DNA of 61,729 nucleotides, filler included. It is 3 parts of 3 records of this genome, joined end to end, with 100 filler letters (N's around TTAATTAATTAA, not from the genome) between each part and the next. Parts side by side here need not be neighbours in the genome. Positions count along the whole stretch, not along the records: positions 41,490 to 61,729 come from SRR31156797_1949; 2 more parts are not named here. The stretch is one strand, 5' to 3'. A program made the translations under genes and the position numbers. The notes beneath the pieces were generated by a model that had not been told where the DNA came from, did no database searches, and worked only from the letters and a program-made list of their open reading frames with translations. Below, in pieces: positions 47,769 to 56,335 of the stretch. The first letter of the stretch is position 1; each line of letters opens with the position of its first letter.

Positions 47769-48368
47769 TTATTCGTTTTCTAATTCAGTTTCTTTCAAAT
47801 ACTCTTTTAACCAGTCTGGCACCGGACTTTCAGGAAGTGGAACTCTCGCGTTTGGAACGCTTGATAAACTGTTCACTCTTCCGTGAGGAACTTCACGGTG
47901 ACATTCCCAACATACTCTATCCTGAGTATTGTGAGCGTGGTTTGGCACTTTAGCTGCCAGTTTCGGATCAGTCAGCTGCTGACTGTGACAACGGACGCAG
48001 TTATTGTGTACTACTTCCTTACCCTCATCCAAAATAAAGATTACCTCAGGCTCCATTCTCAATGCAAACATACTCGCGTGACGCAAACCGTCTTTCGCTT
48101 TAAAAAAGTATTTGTTGAATACATTGTTGTGTGGAACATGACAATCGTTACAAGTGGCAACTTCACGATGTGAACTGTGCCCCCAGGTTGCATACTGAGG
48201 AGCCATAACATGGCAGTTCACACATGTCTCAGGAGCATCAGACAGGTAGGATGCGGCTTTAGATAAATAAAGCACATAAAATCCCAACCCGAAAAATATT
48301 CCAAGCGACACGTATACCGGAAGCTTCCATTTTGGAGGTGGTGTTAAAAATTTAAATAATCTTACCAT
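47769..48368 (-). CDS. nrfH: Cytochrome c nitrite reductase small subunit (tetraheme quinol dehydrogenase)
   Basis: N-terminal TM; CVNCHVM, CNDCH, CVRCH, CWECH; KAKDGLRH. Confidence 0.97.
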   Translation of the reverse strand: MVRLFKFLTPPPKWKLPVYVSLGIFFGLGFYVLYLSKAASYLSDAPETCVNCHVMAPQYATWGHSSHREVATCNDCHVPHNNVFNKYFFKAKDGLRHASMFALRMEPEVIFILDEGKEVVHNNCVRCHSQQLTDPKLAAKVPNHAHNTQDRVCWECHREVPHGRVNSLSSVPNARVPLPESPVPDWLKEYLKETELENE

Positions 48369-48398
48369 TAGCAAAAGTTTTGATGTATGGAGTTTGCC

Positions 48399-49676
48399 TT
48401 ATTTTTTCAAGAAATTTGGTTTGAATACTAACATTACCCATCCCCAGTTCTGAATTTCTCCACTATCACCACCTTTTAATGCTTCCATAGAATCGGTTGC
48501 GAACATGTGAGAGTATCCAGCTTTAATCAATACGCTCTTCGAGTATTTGTATCCTACTGATAAATCAACCTCAGTACCTAAATATTTATCTTGTTTTTCA
48601 GAACCTAAATACAAATCGGCTGCAGTTGAGAACAAGTGAATCGTTGATCCAAAAGACCACTGTCCTTTTGAGTGATTCAATCCTCCATAGATATCTGTTA
48701 AACCTGCACTACCAACATGGTTACCTACATAAAAATAATCCATATGACCATTAAATTTATGATTTGTTCCAAAAAGTGGAGTAAATGAATCATTATCTGA
48801 ATCTAAACGAGAATTAGTAGCTCCATCATAATCAGAACCTGAAAGCATTTCTACACCTACATTACCTTTCCAGGTATCAGCAACAGGAAATTTCATACCT
48901 ACATTAAACATGTAAGCACTTAAATCATTATCTCCTGCATCTTTACCTGACTGTGCATATAAAGATCCTGTAAAAGAAATTTTACCAGGACGGTAATTCA
49001 TATGCGTACCAAAAGTTTGGCTGTATCTCGTATCACGATCTACTGCGTCAGTAGCATCAGCATCTCTTTCTTGTCCAACGTTCATGAACAATAAGCTAAA
49101 ATCAAATTTTTCTGATTTTCTGTTGTACCATGCGAATTGCATGCTTTTATAATTGGTAGTATAAAGTTGTCTTGATAATGTTTCAGCATCGTTATTCACA
49201 GCAAAACCAAGGTGGAATTTTCCTTTTTCATCAGTTTTGAATTTCAACAATGCCAAGTCGTGACTTCTTGCCTGCTGAGCCCAACCTACATTACCTAAAA
49301 TTCTTGAGTCATCATAAACCAATTCCTGACGACCAACTTTCAATGAAAAGTTTTCATTAAAAATAAGTTCTCCCCATGCTTCATGAAGCATCAACTGGTT
49401 TTTATCAGATAGATTTAATTGCTTCACATCACCCCAGGTACGAATGTCCTGAACAGATAAACCAACACGGAATTTCTCTTCTCCGTAATTTAAATTTAAA
49501 CGAGTTCTTTGTGAAGTTGCAAAAGCCGCATCATCTGCTGAATCAAACAATGACTTTAATCCGTGACGATACTCTGTTCTCGGACGGATTTCTCCTGTAA
49601 AGGTAAGCTGAGCCACTAATACAGTTGGCACCAATCCCAAAAACAGGACTAAAAATAGGCGAAATAGTTTTTTCAT
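48399..49676 (-). CDS. Alginate-export-family outer-membrane beta-barrel
   Basis: Signal peptide, RPRTEYRHG, QRTRL, GRQEL.YDD.RI.G..GW.Q..RSHD, FGTNHKFNG.MDYF. Confidence 0.8.
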   Translation of the reverse strand: MKKLFRLFLVLFLGLVPTVLVAQLTFTGEIRPRTEYRHGLKSLFDSADDAAFATSQRTRLNLNYGEEKFRVGLSVQDIRTWGDVKQLNLSDKNQLMLHEAWGELIFNENFSLKVGRQELVYDDSRILGNVGWAQQARSHDLALLKFKTDEKGKFHLGFAVNNDAETLSRQLYTTNYKSMQFAWYNRKSEKFDFSLLFMNVGQERDADATDAVDRDTRYSQTFGTHMNYRPGKISFTGSLYAQSGKDAGDNDLSAYMFNVGMKFPVADTWKGNVGVEMLSGSDYDGATNSRLDSDNDSFTPLFGTNHKFNGHMDYFYVGNHVGSAGLTDIYGGLNHSKGQWSFGSTIHLFSTAADLYLGSEKQDKYLGTEVDLSVGYKYSKSVLIKAGYSHMFATDSMEALKGGDSGEIQNWGWVMLVFKPNFLKK

Positions 49677-49753
49677 AGCTAGGTTAGATTTTAAATTAAA
49701 AATCTGTTTTTCAATTCAATAATTAAGTGATAACAGTGCAATACTAACCGAAT

Positions 49754-49771
49754 TCTTGAATTATTTCAAGA
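49754..49771. promoter_or_regulatory. Crp/Fnr-like palindrome upstream of the nrf operon
   Basis: TCTTGAATTATTTCAAGA (TTGA-N6-TCAA) next to a -7-like TAGTATTG. Confidence 0.45.
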
Positions 49772-50173
49772 TTAAGGGATTATTTGAATTCATTATATTT
49801 AAATTTTAATACCTTTTTATCCTTTTCTGTACTTGGTTTTCAATCATTTCATATCGATGAAACAGAATATGAAAAAACGCAATTTATTTTTAGTCTTAAT
49901 AAGAATACCTATTGATTCCTTCATTTCTAAAAATTTAAAGACATAATCCGATTAAAAACACGGAATATGCCATCTCTTTTCGACTATTCTCTAATTAGCA
50001 ATAAGTTACATATTTAAATAAAAAATGCAAGAAATTTTTGTGCTAAAAGCTTAGCGTTTTGCTTATTTTGAATTTATAAAGAAAAGCGTATCTTGAACTC
50101 CAATTTACAAGATATATACCTCTTGTTGATCGGCTAAAGCACACTAAATATTCATATAACATACACTAAACAG

Positions 50174-53100
50174 ATGAAGAAGTTTCTGAATTTTCTTTTC
50201 TCTATGCAAATGATGGGTGTTCTCATCATTCTTTTTGCCTTCTCGATTGGAGCAGCAACTTTTATAGAAAATGATTTTGGTACACCTGCTGCCAGAGCAC
50301 TTGTTTATGATGCTCTTTGGTTTGAAATTATGCTTACACTAATTGTAGCAAATCTGGTTGCCAATATTTTTAGATACAATCTATACAAAAGAGAAAAGTG
50401 GTCTATATTCATATTCCATGTATCATTTATTGTCATATTTATAGGATCAGCAATCACACGATATGTTGGTTACGAAGGAAACATGCATATCCGTGAAGGA
50501 CAAACTACCAACAAAATCACAAGTATGGATTCCTATATAGATGTGATTATTGAAAAAAGTGGTAAACACATCCGCGAAAGTGAAAAAGTAAGTTTCTCAA
50601 CAGTTAAGGAAGTAAAATACAATGAAACACTTAAACTTGATAACGAGGAGATTGAGCTGAAACTGAGAACTTTTATTCCAAATGCACAAACCACTTTGGT
50701 TCAGGATGCCAAAGGTGCTCCTGTTTTAGAGATGGTTGCCGTAGGTAGTGCCGGCATGTCGGGAATGCAAAATTTCACCATTGAGTACAGAGGAAACAGA
50801 ATGGTTGGAGATCATTTACTGGCTTTTGGTACGAACCCTCATCCCAATGCAATTCTTATTGATTATACGGATAGTTTGCGCATGATGTCGCCAATGCCAA
50901 TGCAGGAAGTTAGTATGATGGGTGGAGATCCAATTCCAATGGAAGCAAAAAAATGGCATTCCATTATGCCAAGGAAATTGTATGATATTGGTGGAACCAA
51001 ATTGGTAATTAAAAACTTTTACCCTGCAGCGATTTACAGGTATGTACAGGGAGAGGATAAAAATGCTCCAAACATATTGGTATTTGATGTGAAAAAAGGC
51101 AATGAACGTAAAGAGCTAATGGTAAAAGGGCAAAAAGATTACGTTGGCAATGCCAGCACTGTTTCTTTTAATGATATGAATGTATCAGTTGCTTATGGAT
51201 CAAAAATTATTGATCTGCCTTTCTCTATTAAATTAAATGATTTCATATTGGAAAGATACCCTGGTTCAAAAAGTCCTTCCTCATTCGCCAGCGAAGTAAC
51301 TCTTTTCGACGAAGGAAAATCAATAGAGAAAGATTACCGTATTTATATGAATAATATATTAAAACACGAAGGCTTCCGTTTTTTCCAGGCATCGTATGAC
51401 ACTGATGAAAAAGGAACTATTTTATCGGTAAATCATGACTTTTGGGGAATGATGATAACCTATGTTGGTTACGGTATTTTAATGTTAGGAATGGCTTGGT
51501 CTTTATTTAATCCGTATACAAGATTCAAAATTTTAGGTCGCCAGTCTAGAAAGGTTAAAACACTGGCTGTTTTAGCTTGTATTATTAGTGGAAGCTTGCT
51601 TCCAGCTTCAGCTCAAGATCTAAAAGTTGTTCCTTTAGAACAAGCCAAAAACTTTGGTAAAATTGTAGTACAAGATAAAGGTGGACGATTCGAACCTGTA
51701 AATACTTTGGCCAGTGAAGTAATTAGAAAAATCACTAAAAAAGGACAATTTAAGGGATATCCTGCCGAACAGGTATTTTTGAGTATGATTGCCAGCCCTC
51801 AACAATGGCAGCAGGTACAAATGATTAAAGTTGGTAACAGCGAGTTGGCTCGGGAGTTAGGTGTAAATGGAAAATATGCCTCATTTACCGACTTTTTAGA
51901 TGAAAAAGGTCAATACAAGCTTAGCAAAAAGGTTCAAGATGCATACTCGAAAAAACCTGCACAACGCAAAGGGTACGATAAAGAAATTATATCGGTTGAC
52001 GAACGAATTAACATCACCTACATGGTGTTTACTGGTGAGTTTCTGAAAATATTCCCAAATCCAAATGATAGTATGGGGGAATGGTACAATCCTACGGCAC
52101 AGGTTAATGTTAGAGGCGATGATTCCTTATTCATTAAGAAATCTATTGTGATGTTGGGGCAAGCCTTAAATCATAACGACCTTGCCAATGCTGACAGCTA
52201 CATTTCAGGCATTAAAAAGTATCAGCAAAAGTTTGGTAGCGAAGTTATGCCATCGGCAACCAAACAGAATATCGAAATACAGTACAACAACATTAATATT
52301 TTTAAGAGACTCTTCCCTATTTACCTAATGGTTGGGTTCTTCCTAATAATTTTTCTTGTTGTACATCTGATGAAACCAGGCTTTCCAATTAAGTGGATGG
52401 TTCGAATAGCCATGTTGATTTTAGGTGTTGGTTTTATTCTTCATACTGGTGGGTTAGCTGCTCGTTGGTACATTTCGGGTCATGCGCCCTGGAGTAATGG
52501 TTTTGAAACCATGACCTTTATTGCCTGGGGTTGTTTATTAGCAGGATTTATTTTTGTAAAAAAATCTGATTTTGCTTTAGCAGCAACTGCAATTTTAGCT
52601 GGCCTGGCTTTATTCGTAGCACATCTTAGTTGGATGAGTCCTGAAGTAACCAACCTGGTTCCTGTACTAAAATCGTATTGGTTGACCATACACGTGGCAA
52701 TTATTACTTCGAGTTATTCGTTCCTGGCATTGGCTACAATTTTAGGGATTATTAATTTGGTATTGTATAACTTACAGAACAAATCCAATACTGAGCGTTT
52801 AACCAACAACATAAACGACCTTAGTCGTATTAGCGAAATGACCATGACCATTGGTTTGTATTTCCTTACCATTGGAACTTTTCTTGGTGGTATTTGGGCA
52901 AACGAATCATGGGGACGCTATTGGGGCTGGGACCCAAAAGAAACCTGGGCACTTGTAAGTATATTGGTGTATAGTTTTATTCTGCACATGCGTTTTATTC
53001 CTGGATTAAAATCGGTTTATGCATTTAATATTGCATCGGTATGGGGATACAGTGCCATTCTAATGACCTACTTTGGAGTGAACTACTATCTGGCAGGATT

Positions 53101-53239
53101 ACATTCTTACGCAAAAGGGGATCCGGTTCCGGTGCCAACATGGGTTTACTATACTGTAATTAGTGTGTTTGCACTAAGTATTGCGGCTTACTATAGCTAT
53201 AAAAAACACAACTATGTGCCCGAAAAGACTGAGGCATAA
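50174..53239 (+). CDS. Fused CcsBA system II cytochrome c synthase
   Basis: ATFIENDFG, FH, YEG.MHIREG, RFFQASYD, LKSYWLTIHV, WANESWGRYWGWDPKETW, GLHSYA. Confidence 0.93.
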   Translation: MKKFLNFLFSMQMMGVLIILFAFSIGAATFIENDFGTPAARALVYDALWFEIMLTLIVANLVANIFRYNLYKREKWSIFIFHVSFIVIFIGSAITRYVGYEGNMHIREGQTTNKITSMDSYIDVIIEKSGKHIRESEKVSFSTVKEVKYNETLKLDNEEIELKLRTFIPNAQTTLVQDAKGAPVLEMVAVGSAGMSGMQNFTIEYRGNRMVGDHLLAFGTNPHPNAILIDYTDSLRMMSPMPMQEVSMMGGDPIPMEAKKWHSIMPRKLYDIGGTKLVIKNFYPAAIYRYVQGEDKNAPNILVFDVKKGNERKELMVKGQKDYVGNASTVSFNDMNVSVAYGSKIIDLPFSIKLNDFILERYPGSKSPSSFASEVTLFDEGKSIEKDYRIYMNNILKHEGFRFFQASYDTDEKGTILSVNHDFWGMMITYVGYGILMLGMAWSLFNPYTRFKILGRQSRKVKTLAVLACIISGSLLPASAQDLKVVPLEQAKNFGKIVVQDKGGRFEPVNTLASEVIRKITKKGQFKGYPAEQVFLSMIASPQQWQQVQMIKVGNSELARELGVNGKYASFTDFLDEKGQYKLSKKVQDAYSKKPAQRKGYDKEIISVDERINITYMVFTGEFLKIFPNPNDSMGEWYNPTAQVNVRGDDSLFIKKSIVMLGQALNHNDLANADSYISGIKKYQQKFGSEVMPSATKQNIEIQYNNINIFKRLFPIYLMVGFFLIIFLVVHLMKPGFPIKWMVRIAMLILGVGFILHTGGLAARWYISGHAPWSNGFETMTFIAWGCLLAGFIFVKKSDFALAATAILAGLALFVAHLSWMSPEVTNLVPVLKSYWLTIHVAIITSSYSFLALATILGIINLVLYNLQNKSNTERLTNNINDLSRISEMTMTIGLYFLTIGTFLGGIWANESWGRYWGWDPKETWALVSILVYSFILHMRFIPGLKSVYAFNIASVWGYSAILMTYFGVNYYLAGLHSYAKGDPVPVPTWVYYTVISVFALSIAAYYSYKKHNYVPEKTEA

Positions 53240-53263
53240 TAGATACTTTGTATAAATAATATC

Positions 53264-53292
53264 AAAAAGAGACGCAAATGCGTCTCTTTTTT
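53264..53292. terminator. Bidirectional terminator
   Basis: aaaaagagacgca-aa-tgcgtctc followed by T6. Confidence 0.85.
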
Positions 53293-53442
53293 GTACGAAT
53301 AAAAAATAAACTAGTGTAAATTATTGCAAGTTCAATTCAGTAATTTTTTATAACTATTCAATTTAAAATCACCATAAGGAATAATAGAATCTACAAGAAC
53401 ATTATTAAACCCTTTGCAACAATGGACACATAAATTCCTATC

Positions 53443-53811
53443 CTACTTTATAATCTCTTTACGATGCTCTAATCCCCAATGAATGGCTTCTCCTATAAAA
53501 ACATCTAAAGTTCTACCATGATCTGTTAATGAATATTCTACAGTAATTGGTTTTGTATTTTTCACCTCTCTTCTTACTAATTGGTTTAATTCTAACTCTT
53601 GTAAATCCTTAGAAAGTTTTTTAGGTGCAATACCATCCAAAATTCTTTTCAATTCCATAAACCGTAGAGTGCCATTCCGCAATAAAGTTCCCAATATTAC
53701 GATTTTCCACTTACCTGATAACAGTTCCATTGTATCTGTAAGAGCTCTTATCTGCTGACGACATTGCTCCGATATTATTTGATCACTTTTCTTTTTCATT
53801 ATTTTAATCAT
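53443..53811 (-). CDS. HxlR family winged-helix regulator
   Basis: LSGKWKIVIL, RF.EL, L.ELE..LV.R, VEYSLT.HG; alternative start 53799. Confidence 0.92.
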   Translation of the reverse strand: MIKIMKKKSDQIISEQCRQQIRALTDTMELLSGKWKIVILGTLLRNGTLRFMELKRILDGIAPKKLSKDLQELELNQLVRREVKNTKPITVEYSLTDHGRTLDVFIGEAIHWGLEHRKEIIK

Positions 53812-53820
53812 TAAAGAGTA

Positions 53821-53856
53821 GTATCCTTTAGGTAACTAGTTTCCTAAGGGAAATAC
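53821..53856. promoter_or_regulatory. Candidate HxlR operator
   Basis: Imperfect palindrome cctttaggt-aactagtt-tcctaaggg between divergent genes. Confidence 0.55.
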
Positions 53857-53967
53857 ATAACAAAAGTATACTATTCTTCTTTAATTTTGAAATCGAATCA
53901 TAAACATACTGAGAGGAAATACTTTGCAAAAGTAAATCTTGGTATGAAGACAAAACAGAATTAAGAG

Positions 53968-54546
53968 ATGAAAGAAGTTTTAGAGGCAATTCAGAACAGA
54001 AGAAGTATCAGAAAGTACGAAAGTACAGAACCAGATACCGAGCTGATAAAAAATGTATTGCAGGCAGCTAGTTTAGCTCCATCGGCGGGCAATAGTCAAC
54101 CCTGGGAATTCATTGTAATCAAAAATGAATACCGCAAGAAAGTGTGCAACGAGTTCTACAATTTTGCAAAAGATTATATACCAACGGCATCATACATTCC
54201 TGAAGACAAGAAGAAAATGATGCTGGAATATGCTAAAGATTTTGGTGGTGCTCCATATCACATAATTGTTAGCTATCCCAATTTTGAAGATGATATAAAA
54301 ACAGAAGAAGCTCTAAAAGCCACTGCTGCTGCGATTCAGAATCTGCTTTTACAAGCAAGCGAAATGGGATTGGGTACAGTTTGGATTGGTAGCAGATTGA
54401 ATCATTCGGAGAAAGTGAAGAACATCTTGGGAATAGAAGAAAATAGAAAAATAGCAGGTATTATTCCAATTGGATATCCTGATATGACACCCACAGCCAC
54501 ACCTCGAGAAAGTATCGAGTCTAAAACCACATGGTTAGGATTTTAA
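53968..54546 (+). CDS. Nitroreductase family protein
   Basis: RRSIRKY, APSAGNSQPW, QNLLLQA..GLGTVWI, IPIGYP. Confidence 0.93.
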   Translation: MKEVLEAIQNRRSIRKYESTEPDTELIKNVLQAASLAPSAGNSQPWEFIVIKNEYRKKVCNEFYNFAKDYIPTASYIPEDKKKMMLEYAKDFGGAPYHIIVSYPNFEDDIKTEEALKATAAAIQNLLLQASEMGLGTVWIGSRLNHSEKVKNILGIEENRKIAGIIPIGYPDMTPTATPRESIESKTTWLGF

Positions 54547-54613
54547 TGTTTCATTGTAACTTATACAATGAAGCAGTCTGATTAAAATAAATGTTTTTAA
54601 AAATTAGAAAGAA

Positions 54614-54913
54614 ATGGCAGTAATTATGTACGTAGATTTTCCTCACGCCGGACCATTTGGTGAGGAAATGTCAGCAATGTTAGGAGGTTTAGCGAGAAGT
54701 ATTAACGAAGAACCTGGTTTTATTTGGAAATACTGGACGCAGGATGAAAAGGCAAAAACTGCAGGTGGAGTTTATTCTTTTGACACAAGAGAAAATGCAG
54801 AGAAATATTTAGCAATGCATTCCGAAAGACTTTCAAAAATGGGCTATACCGAAATTAGAGGAAGAGTATTTGAAATTAACGAAACACTTTCAAAAATTAA
54901 TAAAAGTTTATAA
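54614..54913 (+). CDS. ydhR: YdhR-like putative monooxygenase
   Basis: VDFP..GPFG.EM, LA.SINEEPG.IWK.WT, AGGVY.F, YL.MH..RL. Confidence 0.85.
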   Translation: MAVIMYVDFPHAGPFGEEMSAMLGGLARSINEEPGFIWKYWTQDEKAKTAGGVYSFDTRENAEKYLAMHSERLSKMGYTEIRGRVFEINETLSKINKSL

Positions 54914-54940
54914 AGTATAATCTTACTTGTAAATCGAAAC

Positions 54941-54985
54941 CAAATAAAAACAGCCCTACTCTTGAAGTAAGGCTGTTTTTATTTG
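54941..54985. terminator. Intrinsic terminator
   Basis: caaataaaaacagcc…ggctgtttttatttg. Confidence 0.8.
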
Positions 54986-55451
54986 AATTCCTTAATCAAA
55001 CGGATTAATAGAAATTCTGATCTTAAAATATCCAGTCATATCTTGACTGTTCTCATAAATTGCATCACTCGATACTTTCCCTTTTCAATAATTCTGGAAT
55101 CTAAAATATTTTATACTCCTCCTTGAAGTATCGTTATCAAGTATTTGTATATTCGGTGTTCATATTTTATTCCACTCCTAATTTCCAATTGGCTGTATTG
55201 TAACACATACTTACTATACTGTTTATTTTCCATATAAAAACCAATATTTTCCAATGTACTTCCTAATGCGAATAGACCATTTCTGCCAAGATATTGTCCT
55301 AACAAATCATAAACCTATGAATGATTATTTTTATTGTTATGTATATTTTTCTTAAATTGAGTATCGATTACCCGAAATATTAACACTATACATTCACAAG
55401 AAAAGAATTAATCCTAGTTTGACTAACGGGAAATAATTCGATTCACAAAAC

Positions 55452-56201
55452 ATGATTTTAATGGACAAGTCCATATTGAGTTATTGCGACAGCAATGAAA
55501 TTGAAACTTTAGCTAGTGAAATCCTTAAAGAACTTAATTGTAAAAATTGGTCATCAGATCTTATCATTAGCAATATTATTACTGAACTTACCACTGAGAA
55601 AGAGAGTTTAAAATTCGCCATTCAAAATACCTGCCAGGATGTTCTGAAAGAAAATTTAAGAGTAGAAAACGAAATTGCCAATGATGATTTTGTTTGTTAT
55701 AAAAAGTTTGTGAAAGCCAATACTTACTTGCCCGATAAAGAAATGGCTAAGGATGCAATGGACCTTTGGGAGTTAACCAGTTCGCATGATTTAATGCTGC
55801 ACAAGTTAAGTTTCGAAAGACAAATCTCCTTAAGTAATGCCCTATTAACCAACCTTAAAAGCGATAAATTCAAGTCCAAAACTGATCGTTTAATAGGTGT
55901 TGCCGAAAGAATTAATAAATTTTCAGAATCTACAGCTAAACTAGAAGATGCCTATTCTAAAATTAACAAACATAGTTCTAAATCAAGGAGTGCAATAACT
56001 CCTTCCATTCAAAAAAATACGGTTCGCAAAATTATAAATGAAAATCTGATTCCTCATCTTGAAAATTCATCTATTGTTTTTCCAAAAGTATATGAGGAAA
56101 CCTTTAATAATATTTGTGAAGAAATAGATAATTTGAACATTAAAGTTCGTAGACGTAAAACCATGAAATTAGACACAGATCTTCAAACAATCTTACTCTA
56201 A
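55452..56201 (+). CDS. Hypothetical alpha-helical protein (DUF6261-like)
   Basis: 249-aa ORF with its own terminator; family resemblance is weak. Confidence 0.6.
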   Translation: MILMDKSILSYCDSNEIETLASEILKELNCKNWSSDLIISNIITELTTEKESLKFAIQNTCQDVLKENLRVENEIANDDFVCYKKFVKANTYLPDKEMAKDAMDLWELTSSHDLMLHKLSFERQISLSNALLTNLKSDKFKSKTDRLIGVAERINKFSESTAKLEDAYSKINKHSSKSRSAITPSIQKNTVRKIINENLIPHLENSSIVFPKVYEETFNNICEEIDNLNIKVRRRKTMKLDTDLQTILL

Positions 56202-56223
56202 TTGTACATTTACAATTGAATAG

Positions 56224-56259
56224 AAATAAGAAACAGTCCTACCGAGCTGTTTCTTATTT
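56224..56259. terminator. Terminator between convergent genes
   Basis: aaataagaaacag…ctgtttcttattt. Confidence 0.75.
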
Positions 56260-56335
56260 AATATTTGCAATTTCAAAACTCCATGATTGCAAAAAAAACT
56301 AAACAATTATTGACCAATTATCACGCCTTTTTAAA

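Noticed and set aside
55111-55305. 64-aa ORF in the 55.0-55.4 kb gap
   Set aside because: TTG start and no recognisable family; may be a decayed gene but cannot be supported
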